Shown here: positions 1 through 11,499 of the stretch, one piece after another | Position numbering within the stretch: position 1 is the stretch's first letter | Layout: each line of letters begins with the position of its first letter | Assembly: GCF_006345805.1 (NCBI RefSeq) | Contig: NC_043010.1 | Coordinates: 45,074,001-45,138,000, forward strand | Source: Octopus sinensis | Lineage: Eukaryota | DNA length: 64,000 nucleotides | Direction: 5' to 3' | The notes under the pieces: generated by a model | Told to the model about the DNA's origin: nothing | Seen by the model: the letters and a program-made list of their open reading frames with translations, nothing else | The model's database searches: none | Translations under genes and position numbers: made by a program

Positions 1-119
1 TGCCATTTTCTGTAAATTATCAATATTGCACTAATCTGAGTGAAATTTGAAAAAAAAAAGCAAATATGAATAAAAACTCAAATATGAAGAAAGCTTCAAA
101 TTTTAAGAATTATACTCAC

Positions 120-199
120 GTTTTTCATACGACCAACAAAGTTGCTCATATTGGACATATTTCCAGCACCAATTGCACACTGGTGCCTGTCGACTTTGC
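120..199 (-). CDS. Pif/LamG3-like gene, exon F (C-terminal part of the LamG domain); further exon(s) lie outside the window
   Basis: AG at 201-200, GT(GAGT) at 119-118; 80 nt, phase 1->0. Encodes (G)KVDRHQCAIGAGNMSNMSNFVGRMKN, matching the IG...F.G end motif of LamG/ConA-like domains. In frame with exon E. Confidence 0.85.
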
Positions 200-529
200 C
201 TAAAGGAGAAATACATGAATATGAGAAATATATTATTTCCTATACACGAAGAGAAAACTGTAAGTGATGGGACAATTAACGAGATTTTACACGGGCATTA
301 GTGCTGAGGTAAGTTATTCTATTCTAAAACTCCCCAAGTGAAGTTACGTTAAATATTTTAGTTTAGATACAGAACGCTGCTAGGGCCCAGCTTTACAATA
401 CTGCGCCTTTTTCACCTGTCAGGCATTACATTCGTTTCACATGAAAAGACTGTTTTCTTTATTTTGACAGAAGGAACGAGGCGCATATCCTTGAAGAATT
501 TTAGTCAAACGAATCAACCCTAGTACTAA

Positions 530-660
530 TTCTTTTAATGACTGGTATTTATTCTATCAGCCATTTTTGTGAAACCGCTAAGTTATGGCGGCATAAACAT
601 AACAACATCGGTTGTCGAGCGGTGGTGGGGGACAAACACAGACACAAAGTCTCAGTATTC
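530..660 (-). mobile_element. tRNA-derived SINE fragment followed by a CA-rich tract (~660-900)
   Basis: Matches the 4250-4350 part of the SINE at 4140-4672 (GCTAAGTTATGG...CGGTTGTC.AGCG...GACAAACACAGACAC). Confidence 0.6.
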
Positions 661-999
661 ATACACTTTGTCACCTCACTTCTCACACCCCCAACACACG
701 CACATGCAAACATACATACACACGCATATATGCATACATATGTACACACGCATTCACACACACTCATACATACGCACACACAGCAACGCCAAAACACACA
801 CACTTATAACAGCGCATCACCACCAAATCTTAATCCTGCTGCTAAACTCCACTCATGTAAGCACAAAAACACATCCACACAGATACTACATCACACGCAC
901 ATACAGAAGCCCTTTTCGAATTCTCCTGCCTTGAAGAATTACTTTACTTTGAATTTACTGGTGTAAAATGGCATAGATATGAAAAGTTATATAAGTATA

Positions 1000-1397
1000 T
1001 CTTTATATATAAAAGAGAAGTTGTGTGTCTGTCTCCTACGATTTAGATTCCTAACTACTCCCACATTTTGCGGTGCAGTTTAACCAAAACCGAGTATCTT
1101 ATAGTCGTGATTCATATCGAGCCCTTCTGGGTATTAGCGCGCGTCTACGATGAGTCTACGATTTAAAAAAAAAATTACCATAATTTTTTTCCATTTTAAT
1201 GCATTTTTTTCGCTATTATATAAGTGAAGTAACTCTCTAAAAATGTCTACGATGAGTCAACGATTTAAAAAAAAATTACCATAATTTCTTTTCCATTTTT
1301 AATGCATTTTTTTGCTATTTTTTGGCTATAACTCTCTAAAAATGCTTATATAGTTATTTCCCTTACAAACCCGAGCAACGCCGGGCGATACTGCTAG
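1000..1397 (+). mobile_element. Non-autonomous Helitron
   Basis: Starts with TC, has a GC-rich hairpin CCCGAGC-AAC-GCCGGG (1370-1385) and ends with CTAG (1394-1397). Inserted between A999 and T1398 with no TSD; the empty site is confirmed by the intact right TIR. Internal ~100-bp tandem duplication. Confidence 0.9.
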
Positions 1398-1464
1398 TTA
1401 AGTATATGATTTAAGTTATAGAACGAAGTTCGACAAATTCAATCATATTTTTCATAAATGTATA

Positions 1465-1790
1465 TTATTTGCTTTCATGTAATATTACTATTTTCCTAGA
1501 TGCAAGTAAAATTTTAATTTCCTTCATGGACAAGTTAATTTTATTCTTAGCAAAGATTAGTGCCTTATTTAATAAAATTGGGTTGATTGATTGGTAATAG
1601 TCGTTTATGTCTGATTGTATGAATTTGCATGTTTTCTTGTCGCGAATGTTGGTAAACCAGTTAATTGCATCTTGTGTTTTGGAACAAAGGCTAAATTTAA
1701 TTTTTGATTTTAGAGTGCAGATATTTATCTATAATTATTTTGCTGAGTTTATCTAGGTCTGTTTATACCTACATCGCCACTTTGAATTCA
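1465..1790 (-). pseudogene. Penelope-like element RT fragment (Naiad-like signature)
   Basis: 1671->1465 reads DAINWFTNIRDKKTCKFIQSDINDYYQSINPILLNKALIFAKNKINLSMKEIKILLASRK, resembling the WF..I..K...FI..DI..FY.SI...LL.KAL.FA...RK block of PLE RTs. Clade assignment is from memory. Confidence 0.65.
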
Positions 1791-2837
1791 GGCAGATGTA
1801 TAAAAATCATTTATGTACATATGTGTACATAGGTACAGGTGTTCAGTATATAAGAGTTTCTCTTTGTTAATGTCATCTATAGGGTGCATATGTGCATTAT
1901 CGCATGCTTCGGTGCCTGATTACTTTTTTGTCCGTAATTGTCAGGGAATACATTGTATATGTGTATATACGCAAGTATATATACATAATTGTCATTTTAC
2001 TTGTACAAAAATCTGGTGTTTTTATATATTTAGTTGTACCGGTATCTGCATGCACAAACCTATATGTAAAACTATATATGACACAACAAATTTTTTTTAA
2101 GTAACCACATCCATATAATGCCGATATTTTGAATTTTTCCAACCTCCCAGCAAATATAAACTAGACCATTCTTTTTCCTTATTATCAATTTTCGATAATA
2201 TTTACGTTTTCTAAAATTATTCTCTAATCATTTCGATATATTTTTTCTATATACCACTCCATAGGTGTTTTATAGTCTTAGCAGCGAACATTGTAAGTAA
2301 AATACCCTTTAATCTTCATATATTTATTTATAATTTTTATAATTTTTATACTTTTCGTATATTGTCGTATTAACCGCTTATTAGTTTCTAATATTTACTA
2401 CTTTTACTACTTTCTGTAAATTATCTCCTTCTATATTTCTGATATATTATTTACATAAGCTTTCTATTATAAAGTTAATATACCACTAACCATTATTTTT
2501 TCTAATTTATAAAAAAGCCCAAACGACTATTAACGGTCAAATATAAATTTCAGTCTCCTATATTTAAAAATTCTGTGCTTCCTTATTTGGATTGTCAACC
2601 CCACTTGCTTCTTACTTCTTATACGGAGTTTTAAAACTAGCTCATTTACACTAATCTATAGAGAGAAAGGTACCTATATTTCTATGTTATATATATCATC
2701 ACCTAACCGTTACACGTTAGTCGTGATTTAAAGATATGACTCCTAGAACAATCACGCATTAAAACATTTGCAAGAACACAACACCCATGTAATTCTAAAG
2801 TCCACCTTTTTTTTATTAAGTTCTTATTTTTCATTAT

Positions 2838-2931
2838 TGTGCTACTGATGAGTACTCTTTGACAACTCTTAAATGAATTTATTTCTTAAAATGAATTTAT
2901 TGTCTTTCTGTACGAAACGATCGTCGAGCGA
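2838..2931 (+). ncRNA. Type I hammerhead ribozyme motif (PLE-type, palindromic helix III)
   Basis: CTGATGA 2845-2851; helix II GTAC/GTAC (2852-2855/2910-2913) extended by GACAA/TTGTC; GAAA 2914-2917; helix III in palindrome ACGATCGT (2917-2924); cleavage triplet GTC 2923-2925; helix I TGCT/AGCG with an A.G mismatch at the first pair. Confidence 0.7.
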
Positions 2932-3134
2932 ATTGAATAAATATTCTACCCTATATTAACATCTAATCTACATTTATGAAAAATATGAATGAATTTGTCG
3001 AACTTCGTTCTATAACTTAAATCATATACTTAATATACTTATATAACTTTTCATGCCTATGCCATTTTACACTAGTAAATTCAAAGTAAAGTATGATGAA
3101 ATCTTTTGGAAACTACTCCAATCAAAGCAAAGCG

Positions 3135-4100
<966 letters not shown>

Positions 4101-4139
4101 ACATACACATACACACACATACGCAATGCACATATACAT

Positions 4140-4411
4140 ATTCTTTTGCTCTTATGTTTTTACTCGTTTCAATCATTTGACTGCAGCCATGCTGGAGCAC
4201 CACATTTCATCGATCAAATCGACCCCTGGACTTATTCTTTATAAGCCTAGTACTTTATTCTATCATTGCCTTTTGCCGAACTGCTAAGTTATGGAAAAAT
4301 AAACCAATATCGGTTGTCAAGCGATAGTGAGGTGACAAACACAGACACACTAATACATACATACATACATACATACATACATACATACATACATACATGC
4401 ATGCATACATG

Positions 4412-4459
<48 letters not shown>

Positions 4460-4462
4460 CAT

Positions 4463-4504
<42 letters not shown>

Positions 4505-4672
4505 TATATATACGACGGACTTCTTTCAGTTTCCGTCTACCAAATCCACTCATAAGGTTTTAGTCGGCCCGAGGCTATAGAAGACACTTGCCCAAGGTAC
4601 CACACAATGCGACTGAACCCGGCAGCATGTGGTTGGGAAGCAAGCTTCTTACCTCGCAGCCACTCCTGCACT
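4140..4672 (-). mobile_element. tRNA-derived SINE with internal (TACA)n/(TA)n expansion
   Basis: tRNA-like head at ~4520-4670 on the minus strand (GGGTTCAGTC B-box-like). Body and tail (CAGCATGGCTGCAGTCAAATGATTGAAAC) shared with the fragment at 7560-7625. Confidence 0.7.
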
Positions 4673-4681
4673 TATAAGCCA

Positions 4682-4718
<37 letters not shown>

Positions 4719-4721
4719 TAT

Positions 4722-4990
4722 GAAGGCGTTTGACTTAGTAGTTTGGATCGCTAGACCGTGGGTTCAATTCCTGGGCCAAGCGGCGAGTTGCGTTCTTGGA
4801 CAAAACACTTCATTTCACGTTGCTCCAGTCCACTCACCTATAAATGAGTAACCCTTCGATGAACTCGTCAACCGATCAGGGGAAACGTTGGCTTGCTCAC
4901 TTAGACAGCGGGGTAGCATCATCCGAAAGCAAAATGATGCAAAGCGCACAGATATCAGCGGTGTATAACATCTGATAGTCTGGTCGATCA
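4722..4990 (+). mobile_element. tRNA-derived SINE (second family)
   Basis: B box GGGTTCAATTCC, then TTCTTGGACAAAACACTTCATTTCACGTTGCTCCAGT; homologous to 23712-23990. Confidence 0.65.
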
Positions 4991-5000
4991 TGTGATCATG

Positions 5001-5046
<46 letters not shown>

Positions 5047-5047
5047 A

Positions 5048-5101
<54 letters not shown>

Positions 5102-5112
5102 TACACACACAC

Positions 5113-5260
5113 GATGGTCGCTTTCAATTTCCTCCTACCAAATCCACTCACAAGGCATTGGTTGGGCTGAGGCTACAGTAGAAAACACATGCTAATGGTG
5201 CCACGCAATGGTACTGAGTCAGCAACCATGCGGTTGGGAAACAAATTTATCACAGAATCA
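5113..5260 (-). mobile_element. SINE head fragment
   Basis: Homologous to 4515-4670 and 14138-14300. Confidence 0.6.
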
Positions 5261-5528
5261 CTACAGGCGCCGCTTTTTTAAGACGTTTGCCTCCCATCCT
5301 TATGTGTGTGTGGGGTGTATGGCTTCAGAAACTCGGGGCACCCACGCAGAGACATCTCAGCTCCGAATGGATGAATAAACACCTACACATGGATTTTCTG
5401 CTCTTCTTTGAGCATATAAATGTCATCCGCCTGCGTTTCCTCCCATGACTTATTACACGAGATACAACTAAATTCAAATTAACTTCCCAGCCCTGGGGAA
5501 AGAGGAGAAAGAGAGAGAGAGAGAGAGA

Positions 5529-5561
<33 letters not shown>

Positions 5562-5740
5562 TGAGAGAGAGAGAGAGAGAGTGAGAGAGAGAGAGAATGT
5601 GTATGTGAGAGTGTGAGAGAACGTTTGCGTGTGTGTATGTATCTGCGTGTGTTGGTATGTGTGTAGGTATGTATGTGGATGAGCATGAGCGTGTATGTTA
5701 AAAAGAAAGAATTTTAATGCATATTGACTTTTAAACTTAC

Positions 5741-5834
5741 CAACATCGGGAATAATTGTAGGGACACCATCTAGCCGCAACTCCATACCATTTTTAGTTT
5801 TCAATATGACCAATTTTGTCCACGTTGAGAAGGA
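5741..5834 (-). CDS. Pif/LamG3-like gene, exon E (LamG domain)
   Basis: TTTCACAG acceptor, GTAAG donor; 94 nt, phase 0->1. Encodes SFSTWTKLVILKTKNGMELRLDGVPTIIPDV, the W..v.......l.vdG strand pair of LamG. Joins exons D and F in frame. Confidence 0.88.
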
Positions 5835-6534
5835 CTGTGAAATAAAATATATTTGTAAAATACATTTTTTCTTTTGTATTTACCTTAATTGGGAATCTGC
5901 TAGGATTTGCTGTATAGGTTTTTAGAGAAACCTTTGATTAAAATGTATTTTACCATAAGCTCTCGACACTTCGACAACAAGGTTTTACAGAATTTTGTTC
6001 CATCTACCATCAAGTTGATTATTTACACTGATGTATCATACCAACTTCCTTTTGCTGCCAATCAGACAGTGTTATAGATAATTACGAGCTTCATTGAGTC
6101 TCTGGATAGATGCTTGCTGCAGCTTTCAATATTTAATCTAATTTTTGCTTTAAGATTCGGAGTTAATCGTGGTTCGTGCATTCTCATGCAAAAAGACACA
6201 ATGACAGCACTGACATCTATCAAATTATCTCCAATTCTCTTCAAACCTTATAAAAGTTTGAACTGTCTATTACTATATAAGCAAGAAACTAATTACTATG
6301 CAAGAGGAACCATTAAATAATATATTTGACAAATTTAACAACATTTCATGAAACTGCAATTCCTAAATTTGTAATATGAGCTGTGACATTACAATATAAA
6401 TGTTTTATTATCCAACTTTATTAATTTTCAATAGATTTATGAACAATTTCACTTCAGTTCTTTTTCTTAATCAAATTTCTTCGAAATATTTCAAATTGGT
6501 TTCAAATTTTGATACATGACAAATAATTTCTAGG

Positions 6535-6705
6535 AAGAGGTAAATCAATTACATCGACCCCAGTGTCTAACTCATTTTATCAACCTCGAAAGGATGAAAG
6601 GCTAAGTCAACCTTAGCGGAATTTGAACTTAGAGCGTAACGACGGACAAACTGCTGCTAAGCATATGACCCGGCGTGCTAACGATTCTGCTTGCTCGCCG
6701 CCTTC
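6535..6705 (-). mobile_element. tRNA-derived SINE (third family; AAGGCGGCGAGC...GTTCAAATTCCGC head)
   Basis: Same family as 16091-16230, 16258-16468, 32768-32840 and 51215-51290. Confidence 0.7.
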
Positions 6706-6759
6706 GAAATCTTTGATATTAAAAATTTAATTAAAAAATCGGTATTAAATGCATCTTAC

Positions 6760-7118
6760 CACACTCATTTTTGTCTCAGAATTGGTACCATTAGTCTTTA
6801 TTTGTATCACCAACAATGGTGAACTATTAAAGGGTACCTCAACAGAAACCGAAAAAGTTGGACTGGTGTTACATCTACCATTACCAGCAATTGCAACTGT
6901 GTTTCCTAATTGATTTGGTAACAGAAAGAATTCTATGCTAAATTTAAATTCATCTGGAAACTCGTTGCCTGATAATGCTGGAATAACAAAATAAGCAGAA
7001 CCATTGAAGTATCCGTATCCATTAGAAACTTCGACATTCTCGTCGTGAACATATGATCCATGGACCTCTTTCGTATCAGTCGCTAGGGGAATGTCTATTT
7101 TAAGACAATTATTGGTGC
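6760..7118 (-). CDS. Pif/LamG3-like gene, exon D (main LamG/ConA-like domain)
   Basis: AG at 7120-7119, GTAAG at 6759; 359 nt, phase 1->0. Encodes (G)TNNCLKIDIPLATDTKEVHGSYVHDENVEVSNGYGYFNGSAYFVIP...GNGRCNTSPTF...KMSV, typical of the C-terminal domain of molluscan Pif-like proteins. Confidence 0.9.
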
Positions 7119-7638
7119 CTAAAGATATAAAAAAAGAGGAATAAAGAAAATACATGAACAGGTCAATTGAAACATAAAATGGCAATTTTCATAGGAAAAC
7201 TAATCCCAAAATAATTCTTAATAAAAATTTTATTTCCAGTTTGCTATAATTACGACATGACATTGTACCATTCGAAAGGGAAGGGCAGTTCCGAGATAAA
7301 TGTAAACAACATCTCCGTTATAAAATACAGACATACATATTAACACGAGAAATATCTGTGAAACATTTCCATCATAGTTTTTTTTCTAAACAAGCTTATT
7401 TTGCAAGTCCAACATGCCTTGTATTGTTATTTGGGATGGAAACGAAAAATCACATATGGTCGAAGAGGTTAGCTGCTTTGCAGATGTAAATATCTCTTCC
7501 CAAATCAGCGAGAAGGAAAATATTTATGGACAGTCAACCACACTACTCTTATTACAAATTGGATTTGTTTGACAAAAGGCGGTGCTTCAGCATGGCTACA
7601 GTCAAATGACTGAAACAAATAAAAGAATAACTATATAT

Positions 7639-7694
<56 letters not shown>

Positions 7695-7717
7695 CATACA
7701 TATATATATATATGTAT

Positions 7718-7751
<34 letters not shown>

Positions 7752-8382
7752 ATATATATATATATATTTCGTTTTTAGATTTGATTTGCAAGATTCTTTA
7801 TGTGAGTTCGTGTGTTGAGGCATATTCTATTGTGCCTGGTGAGTCATTCTCTTTTGGTGCCTTATAATTTAACACACTATCCGGTAAAATTTCTACTCTT
7901 TTCCTTCTTTATTTTTCCTCCATACTCTACCAACATACCAAGGACCAACATGGAAGCAACCTGGTTCAACTTGACATCTGCATCTTATCCAAGCATCCAA
8001 AGGACCTAACACTCAGACAAATACAGGAGTACGTCCTCATAAATGAAACTTCCCCAATACTAGATAGAAAATATACATAGTAGATATCATACCCCCATAC
8101 CCACAGTTTACACAGGTAGAACAGAACATTTAGTGGGATGTTACGTAGATTGATGTATATATGTGTGTGGCGGAGTGTATGTATATATATGTATATATGC
8201 ACATGTATGTACGCATATGGATATGAAAGTAAACAGATCAACTGAGAGACGGATAGGTACATAGGTTATATGAATAGACAAGCACACATACACACATACA
8301 CAACTGAAAACTGCAATACATGACCACACGTCCACACATATGGAGATACACATCCATACATACAAACACAGTACATAGTTGC

Positions 8383-8415
<33 letters not shown>

Positions 8416-8820
8416 AGACATGCACACACAAGGAGACAGAGGTACACACATACATAAAAACACACAAGCACGGACACGCAAACACATGAATATACAGAAT
8501 ACATAAATACAAATGTACACACATACATATATACATATGCACGCACACACACATACATGCATACACACACACATGCATGTATGCATACATACATGCATGT
8601 GTATGCACGACACACACTGACCCACACACATGCGCACAAACAAACAAAAAGAACGCAGTGTGAATAACGGACAGAGTCAAAACTATTGAAACGGTTGCAA
8701 GACGCAAGGAAAATTTTAGAAAAATAAAGGAAATGAGTGGAATTTTTACCGGTGAGTTTGTTAAATTAAAAGACACTAAAAGAAAATAACTTTCCCTAGA
8801 CACAGCAGTATATATATATA

Positions 8821-9157
8821 TAAAGGAAATGACGAAAATGGTGACAAAATAATTTAAGTAAGGGAGAGTGTATTTAATTAGGTGAAAGTTCTTTTTACCG
8901 GTTGCGCATTTGTTATGCTTATCAAAAGATATTTTTTTAAGTGAGATAGAGTTCCTTTCTGATAGATTTTTTTCTCTTATCTCAGATAAGAGAAAAAAAT
9001 CTATCAGAAAGGAACTCTATCTCACTTAAAAAAATATCTTTTGATAAGTATTTTGATAAGCATAACAAATGCGCAACCGGTAAAAAGAACTTTCACCTAA
9101 TTAAATACACTCTCCCTTACTTAAATTATTTTGTCAGCATGTTCTTCATTTCCTTTT
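8821..9157. repeat. Long near-perfect palindrome (fold-back element) with a 1-nt spacer
   Basis: 8918-8982 pairs perfectly with 8984-9048, and 8842-8917 with 9061-9136. One 12-nt bulge at 9049-9060; looser pairing out to ~8821/9157; TA-rich flanks. Confidence 0.95.
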
Positions 9158-9465
9158 TTTATATATCACAACTCGTGTTCCACATCTCCTTTTTTAAATA
9201 TATATATATATATAACTGTGAACTCGATTTATTCTTTACACTCGGCCCTAGCTAGTGCTTCATTGTACAATGGTGCATGTATGTTGAATATTTCCTCTGT
9301 GACTAAAAGTCGTGGCTATGTTCCGAACTATTCCTTTGGTTATGGATGGTGGATGGTAGTCGGTCAAACGTGCTCTCACAGACACAGCATAATCCAAACT
9401 ATTACAAACAGGGAAGATGGCCTTGAAGTCGAAGATTTGAAACTAACAGAGACAACACTTGTACA

Positions 9466-9569
9466 TCGCCTGAGGAAGCACAAGTGGATCTCTTTATGCA
9501 AACAAACAGATGCGTTATCAAATACCTGTATTCTTGGAGAACTAAGTTGTGTCAAAACAATTGTAGCGA
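9466..9569 (+). ncRNA. Degenerate type I hammerhead motif (G12->A)
   Basis: Helix I TCGC/GCGA; CTGAGGA 9470-9476; helix II AGCACA/TGTGTC with a long insert; AAAA instead of GAAA (9554-9557); palindromic ACAATTGT; triplet GTA 9563-9565. Confidence 0.5.
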
Positions 9570-9630
9570 ATAATAAACAAATGTCCATTCATACTCCCTC
9601 TTCCTGACTCCAATTTCTTCAATTTTATAT

Positions 9631-9676
<46 letters not shown>

Positions 9677-10048
9677 ATATATATAGTTATTTTGTATTCT
9701 GTTAGGAACGTGTTAGATTACAGTATAGACCTCGTCCACCTTTAGAATAATCTAGTAGTATAGGTAGTATTATCATATACTTCGAACCCTAAAACTGACC
9801 ATTCAACGTGTGTGAAATTTATAGTTTAGCGTCTGTGAAATAACCTATTACCTATTAAAGTCAACATGTATCATCTGACTGTTTCTTTTGTATTTTTTTA
9901 AATTTCTATAGTGTTTTGTATATTTTAATTTTTTTATTTTGTTATATTAATATATTTGTCTTCATGCGTTTACTTAATGCGTATTTCAGTATTATGTATA
10001 TCTGTCATGTATTTGTGTACATCATTAATATATAAGTGCATATGGATG

Positions 10049-10105
<57 letters not shown>

Positions 10106-11364
10106 ATATATATTATATATATATATATATATACATTTATGCATTCATGTGTGTGTATGTGGAAAGGGGGTGTCTGTCTCCCAAACTCCCAAACTGAGTA
10201 ACGTTTTTATGCTTGGATTTGTAAACTACGAATTTGTCTCAAGAAAAAGAATACCTGTATCGTATTTTTTTTTTTTTTTTTGCATGCAGAATTCAAAAAT
10301 AATGTCAAATTATCTGTATCACCCCACAGAAAAATTCAAACAAAATACACGGGTGAAATGAATCTCGTGGTGTGAATAATCAACACTGTACAACGTGCGG
10401 CACAGACACATGTGTAGTAAAACACAACACAACAAGCGGTTGATATGCTAACAAGATGTTAATGCCTCACTATATGTTGATTTGCTAAAATTACCCAAAT
10501 TTCCCAACTTTAATTCCAAATAACACCAGATTCTTTCATTTACGAGATAAAGTAATTAGTTGATTGTAATCAAAATTCAGAGTTGCAGCGATACACCAAA
10601 ATTGAAAGCAATTTGAGCAAAATTAAAGGGGGCTGATTGTGTGAATCAATTTAACTACATAATACTAGAAGTATTATGTAGGTATATTATAACGATAGCT
10701 ATGTACATTCATTTGGGGAGAATGGATCTCGAAGCACATATAAATCTATAAAACTCTTGTGGATAGGAAATGTTGAAAGCTACTCGTAGGATTCGAACTG
10801 GCATCTCGTGTAGATGTAGGAAGCACGCTGCCATTTCATCAAAGAAATACTCTGAATTCCTCCATCATATAAAAACTTTATTCTTACCAGCAAGAATTGT
10901 ATGCTGCCGGCATCATTAGAATATATAAACTTTTGACAGAAAATGAAATAATTCATTTTTGGAACTGGATTTCGAAACGGATCTAGAGTTTAAATACTTT
11001 GGACAAATGGTAACAAGCCTGTCATATCTACAGGAGATGTGGGGTTCCAGTTCCACGGGAGCCTTCCAATTTTATTTATTGGAAAAAGATTTTTACCCCA
11101 ATATTTACCTGCTATTATCTATAGCTTTATACGTGCATCGATATTCTGTTCCAGAAAGGAATTATTTCACGTTCTCTCGAAAGTTTTTAAATTCTTATGA
11201 CGTCACCAATGTACATTCAGTTATAACTATGTGTATTAAGGAAGTATAATTATCCAGAGTAAAAGAAGTACTATAGACTAACACCAACAGCAGTTACCAA
11301 GCAGTGGTGGGAGACAAAAACACACATAAAGATACATACACACATGGATATGTGTGTGTGGATG

Positions 11365-11447
<83 letters not shown>

Positions 11448-11499
11448 GAAACACAACTCCGTCCATACCAATTTCCCCATCAGATCGAAAAATAATCAA

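Larger units (their letters stand above)
942..3091. mobile_element. TIR-bounded element (123-bp inverted repeats, TA flanks) containing Penelope-like RT sequence and a hammerhead motif
   Basis: 942-999 plus 1398-1462 (left arm, split by a Helitron) is the reverse complement of 2969-3091 with 4 mismatches. TA at 940-941 and 3092-3093. Confidence 0.85.

Noticed and set aside
10655-10681. 11-bp hairpin CTACATAATAC-TAGAA-GTATTATGTAG
   Set aside because: Short and AT-rich, with no matching partner end or Helitron-style terminus found.
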